A stretch of DNA of 64,000 bases from Patescibacteria group bacterium (GTDB lineage Bacteria > Patescibacteriota > Microgenomatia > UBA10105 > UBA927): positions 2,027 to 66,026 of the forward strand of contig JBGSUE010000045.1 of assembly GCA_041753515.1 (NCBI GenBank). Direction: 5' to 3'. The notes beneath the pieces are model-generated. The model saw only the letters and a list, made by a program, of their open reading frames with translations. It did not search any database and was not told the origin of the DNA. Position numbers and translations under genes: made by a program. This document shows, one piece after another, positions 9,310 to 19,114 of the stretch. How positions within the stretch are numbered: position 1 is the first letter of the stretch; each line of letters opens with the position of its first letter.

Positions 9310-11007
9310 ATCTATTATATAGTGTCCCATCACCAGATAGTCAATATCGGTTTTTATAAAACAATTGATTGCATCACGGGGTGTGCAGACGATCGGTTCG
9401 CCGCGCACGTTAAACGACGTATTGATGATAGCCGGAACGCCCGTCAACTTTCTGTATGCATCAATAAGATCATAATAGAGGGGATTATCTGCCCGGCGCA
9501 CAACCTGCAGCCGCCCCGTACCGTCTACATGGACAGTTGCCGGCACCCCGGATTTCCCTTTTTTCGTAAACGGATACACAAACAGCATGAACCTAGCTGA
9601 TTCCGGTATCGGCATATCAACCGTAAAATACTTCGTCACATATTCCTCAAGTATGGAGGGAGCAAACGGACGAAACATCTCTCTGTGCTTTACTTTTGCG
9701 TTGATGATATCCTTCATCCGGTCATTTTGCCCTGACGCCAGAATACTGCGGTTGCCGAGAGCCCGCGGCCCCCACTCCATCCGTCCCTGAAACCATCCGA
9801 TTATTTTCTCTGTATGAAGAAGTAATGCAACTGAATCGATAAGTTTTTCATCAGAGGGATACTTTTCATAAGAAAATCCATACGCGTCTAAAACAGATTG
9901 GATATGCAAATCATCATAGGAGGGACCAATGTATGGTGTAAAATTTGGATGATAGACAGGATTTTTGTCACGCCAATATGCGTACAGCGCAGCTCCCATG
10001 GATCCCCCACCGTCGCCCGGATCAGGTGGAATATAGATGTTTTTAAATGAAGTTGTACTCAAAATTTTTGCATTGGCTACTGAATTGAGCGCCACGCCAC
10101 CGGACAGACAGAGATTTTTGTTTTTATACGTATCGTATGCATGACGGATGATGTGAAAAAGCACTGATTCAAGTTTCTTCTGCAGTGCTGATGCAATATT
10201 CTCATACGGTCGTGTCATGGCGGAACCGGGACGCCGGGGGGGGACTCCAAACAGCTTTTCAAGATCTTTTGTAAACATATGATCTGCATAGACGTATGAA
10301 AAATATTTGATATTCACCGCATAGCTGCCGTCGGCATAGACCGATATCAGCTCATCCATGTGGGAGGAATATGGAGCCGGATCACCATACGCGGCAAGTC
10401 CCATCACCTTGTATTCGGCATCATTCACTCCGAATCCCAAAAATGCAGTCAACGCAGAATACACAAGTCCTACAGAATGCGGAAAACGGATTTCCCGGTC
10501 AATGGAAATTTTTCCAAACTCTCCCATCCCGAGAGTCGTCGTAGACCATTCCCCGACCCCGTCGACGGTCATGATAACGCATTTTTTATATCCCGACAGA
10601 TAATACGCCCCCGCCGCGTGGCTCATGTGATGAGGAACGAATGAAACAGGTCCGGAATAACCACACTGTATTTTGAGTGTCCGGGAGAGTGAAAGTCGGA
10701 ATGAAAACCACTGACTGATCGATTCCCTGTACACTCCCATGCTTTTTGGGAATGTTGAAAGATGCTGGGCAAGAATACGCTCAAATTTCACAACCGGTTT
10801 TTCGTAAAATGCAACCTCTGTCACTTCCCTGATATCAATCATGGCCCATGAAAGGCACCAGCGGATGGCGTGAACAGGAAATGAATTGTCATGCTTTATC
10901 CGGGTAAAACGCTCTTCCATTGCAGCTGCAACAATCGTACCGTCAACGATGAGACAGGCGGAGGAATCGTGGTAATAGCAGGCAATGCCCAAAATAACGG
11001 ATTTCAT
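9277..11007 (-). CDS. Carbamoyltransferase, NodU/CmcH family
   Basis: ILGIACYYHDSSA, EERFTRIKH, HHMSHA, EYKVMGLAAYG, GPRALGNRS, NTSFNVRGEPIV; start moved to ATG 11007. Confidence 0.92.
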   Translation of the reverse strand: MKSVILGIACYYHDSSACLIVDGTIVAAAMEERFTRIKHDNSFPVHAIRWCLSWAMIDIREVTEVAFYEKPVVKFERILAQHLSTFPKSMGVYRESISQWFSFRLSLSRTLKIQCGYSGPVSFVPHHMSHAAGAYYLSGYKKCVIMTVDGVGEWSTTTLGMGEFGKISIDREIRFPHSVGLVYSALTAFLGFGVNDAEYKVMGLAAYGDPAPYSSHMDELISVYADGSYAVNIKYFSYVYADHMFTKDLEKLFGVPPRRPGSAMTRPYENIASALQKKLESVLFHIIRHAYDTYKNKNLCLSGGVALNSVANAKILSTTSFKNIYIPPDPGDGGGSMGAALYAYWRDKNPVYHPNFTPYIGPSYDDLHIQSVLDAYGFSYEKYPSDEKLIDSVALLLHTEKIIGWFQGRMEWGPRALGNRSILASGQNDRMKDIINAKVKHREMFRPFAPSILEEYVTKYFTVDMPIPESARFMLFVYPFTKKGKSGVPATVHVDGTGRLQVVRRADNPLYYDLIDAYRKLTGVPAIINTSFNVRGEPIVCTPRDAINCFIKTDIDYLVMGHYIIDKSKITNPKSQ

Positions 11008-11008
11008 A

Positions 11009-11218
11009 CTAAAACATACTCCCGGTGTCATTATTACCGCTATACGGTTCCCATGTAGAATCTGTTTCATTATGCGTACAGATCAATTTTTTACCGAGAA
11101 GTAAAAGTACCAGAGACGTCATACCGATTCCGGCCATATATGAAAATATCAGAAGAATCTGCCGGATGATATAGACAATAAACTTTACAAATGTCTTGAC
11201 AATATGTATGCTAGTCAT
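11009..11218 (-). CDS. Short SxtJ-like membrane protein
   Basis: TM helix plus DSTW...SMF C-terminus; directly upstream of the carbamoyltransferase. Confidence 0.6.
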   Translation of the reverse strand: MTSIHIVKTFVKFIVYIIRQILLIFSYMAGIGMTSLVLLLLGKKLICTHNETDSTWEPYSGNNDTGSMF

Positions 11219-12241
11219 ATGTTTACACCGTCATATACTATCACGAGGGAGCTTCTGAGTGAAATAGCTGCCATCGAACGGCTGTACGGAACACTCGAGG
11301 GCTTGAAAGTACCCAGGGAGCTGGAAATGGATCTGACCCGGAAAAACATGATCAAATCATCGTATGCCTCAAACCGTATTGAGGGCAACCCTCTGACGCT
11401 TCCTGAAGTTACAAACCTGATACTGGACGACCGCGTACCGGCGACACGCGATGAAAAAGAGGTGCGTAATTATTACGACATCCTTATGCATATGGACAAT
11501 TACATAGACCGTAGTTTGGGAGTCTCCCTTGTGACGGAACTTCACCAAAAACTACTTGACGGCGTTGACAAAGAAGCCGGAAATATCCGCAATGTCATGG
11601 TGGTTGTGGGCAAATACAAAGAAGAAAAAGGCAATGTATCGCTATCTGTCAAGCACAATCCGCCGTTTCACAAAAAAAAAGAAATTGTTCGGGCACTTGA
11701 AGATCTTTTTGAATGGACTTCTGACAATCTGACCATCCCGACTGTCATCCTGACCGGTATTTTCCATCATCAGTTTGTGTATCTTCATCCGTTTGAGGAC
11801 GGAAACGGACGGATTACGAGAATACTGACGTCGCTTCTGTTTGCCCGCAACAATTACCGGATAAACCGGTACTTTATCCTCGATGACTATTATGATATAG
11901 ACCGCCAGGAATACTCCGATTCCCTTCACATGGCGGATACCGGCAATCTGACTGCGTGGCTTGAATACTACGGGAAAGGTGTCAAATATGCTCTGCAGAG
12001 TGCAGTTGCCAAGTATAAAAACGCCGTGATGACTCTCAGGTTTGACCAGAAACCCACACCAAAAGAACGGGAAGTTCTGGGAATCGCACAGGAAAAACCG
12101 GATATTACGAGCGCTGATGTCGTCGACCGCCTTCATGTCTCCCGCCAGCAAGCCCACAATCTCCTGCGCGGCCTGGTGGATAAAAATTTACTGACCAAAG
12201 AAGGAAAAACAAAACGGAGTTTTTACCGGATTGCCTCTTGA
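11219..12241 (+). CDS. Fic family protein with C-terminal winged helix
   Basis: HPFEDGNGRITR Fic motif, SNRIEGN inhibitory-helix motif; start moved to ATG 11219. Confidence 0.92.
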   Translation: MFTPSYTITRELLSEIAAIERLYGTLEGLKVPRELEMDLTRKNMIKSSYASNRIEGNPLTLPEVTNLILDDRVPATRDEKEVRNYYDILMHMDNYIDRSLGVSLVTELHQKLLDGVDKEAGNIRNVMVVVGKYKEEKGNVSLSVKHNPPFHKKKEIVRALEDLFEWTSDNLTIPTVILTGIFHHQFVYLHPFEDGNGRITRILTSLLFARNNYRINRYFILDDYYDIDRQEYSDSLHMADTGNLTAWLEYYGKGVKYALQSAVAKYKNAVMTLRFDQKPTPKEREVLGIAQEKPDITSADVVDRLHVSRQQAHNLLRGLVDKNLLTKEGKTKRSFYRIAS

Positions 12242-12275
12242 TTTTCACGTCTTTCATTTTGTATAGTGGGTGAAT

Positions 12276-12698
12276 ATGGATGATACACCTGTTGTAGTTG
12301 ACTCACCTGATGTGACAGTACTGCCTGAGCTTGAATCCCTCATTAAAAGCCACATTACCGGAATTGAGGCACGGAAAAGGGAACTGAAAAAACTCCGGGA
12401 AATGGTCACCGATGCTCTCGGGAATGATCCCACATACCAGGAACATGAAAAAGCGGCAAAAGAGGCAGCAAAAATCAAAAATGCAACGAAGTCTCAAATA
12501 CTGAAATCACCAGCTAACCAGGAAATGGTGAAAAAAACACACGAAATGGCCGCTGATATCAAAGAAATGGATGAAGCGCTTTCCGAGTATCTTCGTGAAT
12601 TCCAGCGCCTCTCAGGCGCAAATGAAATAGAAACTGATGACGGGGTGGTACGGGAGATCGTGTACGTCGCCAAACTCGTCAAACGCACCGGCAAGTGA
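12276..12698 (+). CDS. Hypothetical coiled-coil protein
   Basis: Clean helical ORF overlapping the next gene start. Confidence 0.75.
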   Translation: MDDTPVVVDSPDVTVLPELESLIKSHITGIEARKRELKKLREMVTDALGNDPTYQEHEKAAKEAAKIKNATKSQILKSPANQEMVKKTHEMAADIKEMDEALSEYLREFQRLSGANEIETDDGVVREIVYVAKLVKRTGK

Positions 12699-13462
12699 AA
12701 TACGCGATCAGCATTATTATCTGTTCTATCCTCCTGTTGTTTCTTTTTCCTAAAAATCACATCCATGTGCCGTCTGAAGATCCCCCGGTATCCCCCACTG
12801 AAACCAAACAATCTCCATTTTCTGCTGTTATTCAATATAAAAATATTACGTATGGCATCGCGGCATATGAAGTCGACACGAACGAAACAGTTGATCTTAT
12901 ACCCAATTTCTCTCAAAAAATGGGCAGTGCAGACGTTTTTCTTTCCAATTCCTGTTCGTTTCTGACCAACGGCAGCTTTTATACCCCTGAAAATGAACCG
13001 GTTGGACTTTTTCAGATTGGCGACCACATACTCAAACCATTTATTCAAAACAGGACTGTTAACAGTGTCGTGTATCGCAGAAACAAGAGTCTGTATGTTG
13101 ATTATGATTATCTCCAAACACCAACAGACTGGATATTCCAGGCAGGACCGATGCTGTATTTTCACGGATCGCCTCTTCCCCTCAAAATCAAAAACGATGA
13201 ACCAGCCCGCAGGATGGTGGCAATCCAAAGATCCGACAACCGAATACTATTTACTGCAATCGTGATTGAGTCGCAAATTACCAGTGGCCCGTATCTAGCC
13301 GATGTCCCCGTGATTCTTAAAACATATTCTTCCCAAAAAGCTATTCCAATTCAGAATGCTGTAAATCTTGATGGCGGGTCTGCATCCGTATTTCATTCAG
13401 ACTCAATGGTATACCCGGAATTTAATCCGGTCGGAAGTTTTTTGTGTGTCAGACCCCGGTAG
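12695..13462 (+). CDS. Phosphodiester glycosidase (NAGPA) family protein
   Basis: TNGSFY, QAGPML and AVNLDGGSAS motifs; N-terminal TM. Confidence 0.8.
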   Translation: MKYAISIIICSILLLFLFPKNHIHVPSEDPPVSPTETKQSPFSAVIQYKNITYGIAAYEVDTNETVDLIPNFSQKMGSADVFLSNSCSFLTNGSFYTPENEPVGLFQIGDHILKPFIQNRTVNSVVYRRNKSLYVDYDYLQTPTDWIFQAGPMLYFHGSPLPLKIKNDEPARRMVAIQRSDNRILFTAIVIESQITSGPYLADVPVILKTYSSQKAIPIQNAVNLDGGSASVFHSDSMVYPEFNPVGSFLCVRPR

Positions 13463-13479
13463 TGTATACTAGATTTTAT

Positions 13480-15462
13480 ATGAAAGATACGCGGTTTGTT
13501 TTCGTATCCGCACTTCTTTTCGTCTACATTCAAACAGTACTCTTCCACCCTATCGGAACGATTGCCATCATCGGTATTTTCATACTTATCTATGGGCTCA
13601 TATGCGTTGTATCACACCGTCTCCCTCCTCCACTTTTTCTCTTTCTTCTTATAATTTTTCCTTCAACCATGCTCCTGCGGTCAAATTTTCTTGTCCAGGC
13701 AGTACTGGCAGCGTCCATAATTGCCCTATTTCCGTACACTGTCTATATCCTGAAAACCGGAACGGATCCAACAGTAAATATACAAAATGTCCTCAGTGCG
13801 TATCTGTCGATAAAACTCAGTTATCTTTCAACACTCATGAGACGGTCACTGTATCCGAAATTCCTTCATAAACAATGGATACTTCCGGTTTTCGCCGGTC
13901 TTGGGATTGCAAGTGTGCCGGGATTTCTGCTGTTAGGACTTTTTTCCAGCGCAGACCCTGTATTTTCCCGATCAGTAGAAAAGTTTTTTTCCACAATCCA
14001 TATCGGAAAATTTTCCATTCGCATCGGTGTAGCAATCCTCATCTATCTCTTTGCCAGAGCAACTCAGCTGCTCCCTGACCCTAAAAAAATATCTTTTCCG
14101 AAATACGTGGCTGTGTTTAATACTCCCATCACGATACTTACCTCGGTCATCGCACTTGTCACCGGTTGGTTTCTTGCCGTGCAGTGGCGCTATATTTTTG
14201 CTTCTGTAACCCGGGAAACAGATCTTTCACAATTCGGTGTATCGACGTATTCGGAATATGTTCGGCGCGGATTTGCGGAGCTTCTTCTAGCAGGAATCAT
14301 TATTCACAGCATACTTCTGGTCGGATACCTCAGTGTGCGAAACAGGAAAAACAAACTTTTTACCTATCATTTTTGGGTTCAAATATTCTTAATCGCACAG
14401 TATGGAATTTTTATTTTGAGTGTCATGCGCAGAGTATTTCTCTACTGGCAATTCCACGGGCTTACTCTCGTCCGGTTTTATGGAGCCGTATTCCTCATCT
14501 ATCTTGGAGCACTCACCATCATCCTTCTCTTGCGTCATTTCCGCCGGTTTGCCTGGGCTCGTGTAGAGTTAACTCTCACCGCAATCATGATTCTTTGCAC
14601 CGGACTGTTCAATGCAGACCATTTTCTCTCTACCCACCATCCGCCATCCGTCAACGGTAAAACGGATTATGTCTATCTGTCCCGTCTTTCACCGGACGGA
14701 TACAACGGCTGGATGCAAAGTTATATGTATGCGACACAGACTTTGGCTGTATTATCCGCAAAACCTGTATCTCATTTTACCGAAGATGACCGGCGGGTTT
14801 TTGCCGGCGTAGGTTCAATTCTCGGATCTCTCACCCGCTCATACGATTATCTGGCACAGAGACATTCGACTGCAGATCAATATACTATGTATTCACAGAC
14901 AGTTTCCCTATCGCTTGAAAATCAGTTCTATACATACATATCAACAGCACAGACAGATCAACAACTATTGACACGTTACGGCGATACAACCTCTTATGCG
15001 CTTGAATCCTTTTTACAGCCTTACACATTTACATCACCTGCCTATACCCTGACAGAACAGATCTCCAGGGCAGAATCATTCCGTACAATTCTCCGTAAAC
15101 CTCAATCGGCATCCCGTCTCCAGACAGATCCGGTTTTTGCACATATATCACTTACTGACGGGGAAACATGCGCGTATAACCGCGATACTGAAAATAATAC
15201 CTTTGTCTTCTGCATGCCGCAATTTTATTGGGTGACCATGAAAAGCACACCTGTTTTATCCGTTTGGGAAAAAATACTGCAATATAACGCATCGGACGCC
15301 CGCGTCTGGAGCATGCTCTCAAAAGACATTCCGATACAGACGCTCATCGGCCTTCAGGAATCGTATATTTCACTGTATTATAAACTGATGACACTGCCCG
15401 CAGAGTCCCGCACCTTTTCCCGTGATTCTTCTACCGAAGCCCTGTTCCTTCAGTCGTACTAA
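13480..15462 (+). CDS. DUF4153/DUF4173 multi-pass membrane protein
   Basis: LFSSADPVF, YSEYVRRGFAEL, YLSRLSPD motifs. Confidence 0.8.
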   Translation: MKDTRFVFVSALLFVYIQTVLFHPIGTIAIIGIFILIYGLICVVSHRLPPPLFLFLLIIFPSTMLLRSNFLVQAVLAASIIALFPYTVYILKTGTDPTVNIQNVLSAYLSIKLSYLSTLMRRSLYPKFLHKQWILPVFAGLGIASVPGFLLLGLFSSADPVFSRSVEKFFSTIHIGKFSIRIGVAILIYLFARATQLLPDPKKISFPKYVAVFNTPITILTSVIALVTGWFLAVQWRYIFASVTRETDLSQFGVSTYSEYVRRGFAELLLAGIIIHSILLVGYLSVRNRKNKLFTYHFWVQIFLIAQYGIFILSVMRRVFLYWQFHGLTLVRFYGAVFLIYLGALTIILLLRHFRRFAWARVELTLTAIMILCTGLFNADHFLSTHHPPSVNGKTDYVYLSRLSPDGYNGWMQSYMYATQTLAVLSAKPVSHFTEDDRRVFAGVGSILGSLTRSYDYLAQRHSTADQYTMYSQTVSLSLENQFYTYISTAQTDQQLLTRYGDTTSYALESFLQPYTFTSPAYTLTEQISRAESFRTILRKPQSASRLQTDPVFAHISLTDGETCAYNRDTENNTFVFCMPQFYWVTMKSTPVLSVWEKILQYNASDARVWSMLSKDIPIQTLIGLQESYISLYYKLMTLPAESRTFSRDSSTEALFLQSY

Positions 15463-15483
15463 TAAACATGGTACACTTTCCCC

Positions 15484-16806
15484 ATGACCATTAAATTTTT
15501 AGGAGCGGCGGGTACCGTGACCGGATCGGGATACATTCTGACGAACGATACCGGGCAGTCGATTCTTATTGATCTTGGCATGTTCCAGGGGCCGCCGGAC
15601 ATTGACCGCCTGAACGCAACACCGCTTGATCCCACCGATATCAAAAATCTTTCCGGTGCAATCCTGACTCATGCCCATACGGACCATTGCGGCCGCCTGC
15701 CGCTTCTTACCTCCCGCGGATTTTCTGGAAATATATACATGACGGCACCCACATATGAACTGACGAAATATTCCCTACAGGACAGCGCAAAAATCCAGAA
15801 GTCGGATAAAGCTCAACAGCTTTTCACCTCTGATGATGTCGATTCTATTACACAGACTTTCAAAATTCTTCCATACGGGAAATTGTTGACTATCGGCAAT
15901 TTTTCAATCCGGTTTCTTGATGCCGGACACATCATCGGATCGGCAAGCATTGAGATACAAGCCGACGGCAGAACTATTTTGTTTTCCGGTGATTTGGGTA
16001 ACAGTCCGGAAATGCTCGTTCAAGCCACACAATCCATACCCCGTGCCGATACCGTCATCATGGAATCAACATACGGTGACAGGAACCATCCGGCTGGTAA
16101 TCCGGCCGACGTGGTAGCCAATGAGATAGTCCACATACGGAAATCAAAAGGCACGCTTCTCATCCCGGCATTCTCCATTGAGAGGACACAGGAACTACTC
16201 CACATATTCAATCATCTCAATCCCGGCATACCGGTCTACCTTGACTCACCTATGGCAGACTATGCAACGGAAGTGTATGACAAATACAGGAGCCTCATGA
16301 ACGACGAAGTAGCCCAAGATTACCGGACAGAAGACGGTCCGTTTGTGTTTCCCGAGCTTGTGACTATCAAAAGTCATGGGGCAAGCTCAAAACTGGGAAC
16401 AACGGATGGTCCGAAAGTCATAATCGCCGGAAGCGGCATGATGACCGGCGGACGGATGCTGACACATGCGAAAGAACTGCTCCCCGATCCGTCAACCCGG
16501 TTACTGATCGTCGGATATCAGGGAGAAGGAACACTCGGCCGGGAGCTTCAGGAAGGAAGTACGGATGTTGTCATCCAGGGACACCATGTACATGTAGAGG
16601 CAACAATCACAGACTGCCAACTCATGAGTGCCCATGCCGACCAATCGCAACTTATATCATGGATTTCTTCCATTGCGGGAGTGAAACATCTGATCCTGAC
16701 ACATGGGGAAGATAGCCCCAGAAATACACTTAAACAGCTTATTCACACAAAAACTGATATAACGGATATCCGGCTTCCAGCGATGGGCGAAATGGTGTCA
16801 CTCTGA
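15484..16806 (+). CDS. MBL-fold beta-CASP ribonuclease
   Basis: LTHAHTDHCG, DAGHIIGS, FSGDLG, MESTYG, MSAHAD. Confidence 0.92.
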   Translation: MTIKFLGAAGTVTGSGYILTNDTGQSILIDLGMFQGPPDIDRLNATPLDPTDIKNLSGAILTHAHTDHCGRLPLLTSRGFSGNIYMTAPTYELTKYSLQDSAKIQKSDKAQQLFTSDDVDSITQTFKILPYGKLLTIGNFSIRFLDAGHIIGSASIEIQADGRTILFSGDLGNSPEMLVQATQSIPRADTVIMESTYGDRNHPAGNPADVVANEIVHIRKSKGTLLIPAFSIERTQELLHIFNHLNPGIPVYLDSPMADYATEVYDKYRSLMNDEVAQDYRTEDGPFVFPELVTIKSHGASSKLGTTDGPKVIIAGSGMMTGGRMLTHAKELLPDPSTRLLIVGYQGEGTLGRELQEGSTDVVIQGHHVHVEATITDCQLMSAHADQSQLISWISSIAGVKHLILTHGEDSPRNTLKQLIHTKTDITDIRLPAMGEMVSL

Positions 16807-17472
16807 CTATTCTACACCTGCATGTATCCTCATCCCATTGCTTTTGAGCCACTTGATCTGCTGTTTATACGACGGATTAAAACGGGAAACGAGCGACCAG
16901 AACGCACGGGAGTGGTTTTTATGGACTATGTGGCTCAGCTCATGGATGACAACGTAGCGGATGACCAGTGGCGGCGCCATTACGAGCCGCCAGGAAAACT
17001 GCAGACGGTTATCGTGGCTGCAGGATGCCCACTTGCTACTTGTGTCCGAAAAATATACCCCTGAATACGATACATGCATTGATAGTGACAAGGACTCTAC
17101 ATAACCGCAAATAATATCTTTTGCCTGTTTTTTATACCAAGTGCCCAGCTCAGTTTTTATGCGGAACTGCACAGAGCGCGGAAACTGCAGTTTTTCCTCC
17201 ACTGCCGAAATTTCTTTATACGGCCCGATGTCCAATACACATTCTTTCCCTAAATACAAAATTTTCTCACCGTGGACATACGATATATCTTTAGGAATGG
17301 CTGATATTAGCTTATTCTGCTTTTCAATCCATTCCTTATGGCTTTCCACGAACCTGCGGATGACAAACAGCGGCACCAGCCTCGGTGCTTTTACCACAAT
17401 ATGCCCATCCGGAGCCATGCTCATAATTATGCTTCTTCTAGATGATCGACGTATCTCAATATCTGTGGTCAT
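16807..17472 (-). CDS. YgjP/DUF45 (M48-like) zinc metallopeptidase domain protein
   Basis: SKWASCS and YVVIHELSHIVHKNHSRAFW; start moved to ATG 17472. Confidence 0.85.
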   Translation of the reverse strand: MTTDIEIRRSSRRSIIMSMAPDGHIVVKAPRLVPLFVIRRFVESHKEWIEKQNKLISAIPKDISYVHGEKILYLGKECVLDIGPYKEISAVEEKLQFPRSVQFRIKTELGTWYKKQAKDIICGYVESLSLSMHVSYSGVYFSDTSSKWASCSHDNRLQFSWRLVMAPPLVIRYVVIHELSHIVHKNHSRAFWSLVSRFNPSYKQQIKWLKSNGMRIHAGVE

Positions 17473-17520
17473 GCCAACCATAGTACCGTACACATACTGT
17501 AGTGTACAATCCCGTATACA

Positions 17521-18483
17521 ATGTTTATCGATAGCGTGGATATTACAGTTATTGCAGGAAATGGCGGATCCGGTGCTGCCACGTTCCGGCGTACCGCACA
17601 GACTGCTTTTGGCGGACCTGACGGAGGCAATGGCGGAAACGGCGGAAATATCTATGTCCAAGGTTCGGTTCATATCAGAGATTTATCCGCATTCAGGTTT
17701 AAAAAAACAATTGAGGCCGAGCAAGGAGCACACGGTACAAAACATAACGGATTCGGCAAAAATGCCGCCCATACCACAATCTTCGTGCCCATCGGCACAA
17801 GAATAACCGATACCGATACGGGAGACATCATCGACATTCTCGATACCGATACACGCATACTTGTCGCAGAGGGAGGAAAAGGCGGCAAGGGAAACGTATT
17901 TTTCAAAAGTCCGACAAACAGGGCTCCGGAAAACAAGGAACCCGGAGGCACAGGTCAACAAAAACACATCCACCTGGAACTGTATCTTATTGCAAAAATC
18001 GGACTCGTGGGGCTACCGAACGCAGGAAAAAGCAGTCTTCTGGCTGCTCTCACCCGGGCCCGTCCTGCAATCGCTCCCTATCCGTTTACCACCCTTGAGC
18101 CGTCAATCGGCATGCTTGACGGATATGCTATTGCCGATATTCCGGGACTGATTGAAGGAGCATCCAATGGGAAAGGACTGGGTATACAATTTTTGAAACA
18201 CATCGAAAAAACAGAAGTACTGATCCACTGTATCGACTGCACGAACACCGATGTATGTAAAGCATACAATACTGTCCGGAACGAATTCAAAAACTATAAT
18301 CCGGAACTTATGCAAAAAAAAGAACTGATTTATCTGAATAAAACCGATCTTATCGATGAAAACATAGTACAAAAACTGATAAACGAGCTGAAACATCTGA
18401 ATCCAGAGATCGTCGCAGGTTCCGTTTACAGCCAAAAAACACTATCTACCCTCACCTCACGCATCTTTTCAATGCTCCGTTAA
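17521..18483 (+). CDS. obgE: GTPase ObgE/CgtA (no C-terminal OCT domain)
   Basis: Gly-rich Obg fold GGPDGGNGGNGG; GLPNAGKS, DIPG, NKTD. Confidence 0.95.
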   Translation: MFIDSVDITVIAGNGGSGAATFRRTAQTAFGGPDGGNGGNGGNIYVQGSVHIRDLSAFRFKKTIEAEQGAHGTKHNGFGKNAAHTTIFVPIGTRITDTDTGDIIDILDTDTRILVAEGGKGGKGNVFFKSPTNRAPENKEPGGTGQQKHIHLELYLIAKIGLVGLPNAGKSSLLAALTRARPAIAPYPFTTLEPSIGMLDGYAIADIPGLIEGASNGKGLGIQFLKHIEKTEVLIHCIDCTNTDVCKAYNTVRNEFKNYNPELMQKKELIYLNKTDLIDENIVQKLINELKHLNPEIVAGSVYSQKTLSTLTSRIFSMLR

Positions 18484-18512
18484 CACATGTGGTGTATTGA
18501 TGCTCCGATTTT

Positions 18513-18521
18513 TGCTATAAT
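18513..18521 (+). promoter_or_regulatory. Extended -10 promoter for the GIY-YIG/tRNA-Lys unit
   Basis: TGCTATAAT 9 nt before ATG 18531. Confidence 0.55.
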
Positions 18522-18530
18522 TACCTGCAC

Positions 18531-18794
18531 ATGGCATGGTTCTGCTATATTGTGGAATGCAGTGACGGATCACTGTATACAGGAATTACACTGGACCTTA
18601 AAAGACGGGAAGACGAACACAATACGGATGATAAAAAAGGTGCAAAATATACCAGATATAAACGTCCGGTAAAAATCGTGTATTCCGAAAAATTTCAGAC
18701 ACAATCCCAAGCACGGATAAGAGAAGCAGCAATTAAGAGATGGCCGAAAGAAAATAAGGTAAAATTGATAATGAAAAATAAAATGGGCCGCTAG
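18531..18794 (+). CDS. Small GIY-YIG nuclease (UPF0213/YhbQ-like)
   Basis: CYIVECSDGSLYTGIT, RR..EHN, GAKYTR, ARIREAAIK; TAG stop lies in the tRNA-like remnant. Confidence 0.88.
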   Translation: MAWFCYIVECSDGSLYTGITLDLKRREDEHNTDDKKGAKYTRYKRPVKIVYSEKFQTQSQARIREAAIKRWPKENKVKLIMKNKMGR

Positions 18795-18831
18795 CTCAAT
18801 GGTAGACCCGGCAGCTGCCGGGCTTTTAAGC
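18785..18831 (+). pseudogene. Degenerate 5' half of a tRNA-Lys(TTT) containing a 16-bp palindrome
   Basis: GGGCCGCTAGCTCAATGGTAGA (19/22 identical to the tRNA-Lys start), then CCCGGCAGCTGCCGGG, then CTTTTAAGC; no T-arm or 3' acceptor strand. Confidence 0.8.
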
Positions 18832-18835
18832 GAAT

Positions 18836-19114
18836 ATGTTTCAAGTTTATGTAATTCGGGCAAGTACGAATGGGAAAATATATATCGGGCAAACAGAAGA
18901 TATCGCTAAAAGATTGGATCAGCATAATAATCGCAATTTCGACAAACGTGCATATACAAAACTAAACGGAAAAGATTGGAAGATTGTGTATACTGAAGAA
19001 TATCAAACAAGATCTGAAGCTTTAAAACGAGAAAATGAACTCAAATCACACAGAGGAAGAGACTTTATTAAAAATTTACTTTCGGGGGTCGGTAGCTCAA
19101 CGGTAGAGCAGTAG
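18836..19114 (+). CDS. Small GIY-YIG nuclease
   Basis: VYVIRASTNGKIYIGQT, RLDQHN, ALKRENELKSHRGR; the last 29 nt lie inside tRNA-Lys. Confidence 0.88.
   Translation: MFQVYVIRASTNGKIYIGQTEDIAKRLDQHNNRNFDKRAYTKLNGKDWKIVYTEEYQTRSEALKRENELKSHRGRDFIKNLLSGVGSSTVEQ

Noticed and set aside
17473-17673. N-terminal extension of the YgjP-like ORF
   Set aside because: It overlaps obgE antisense; ATG 17472 is the plausible start.
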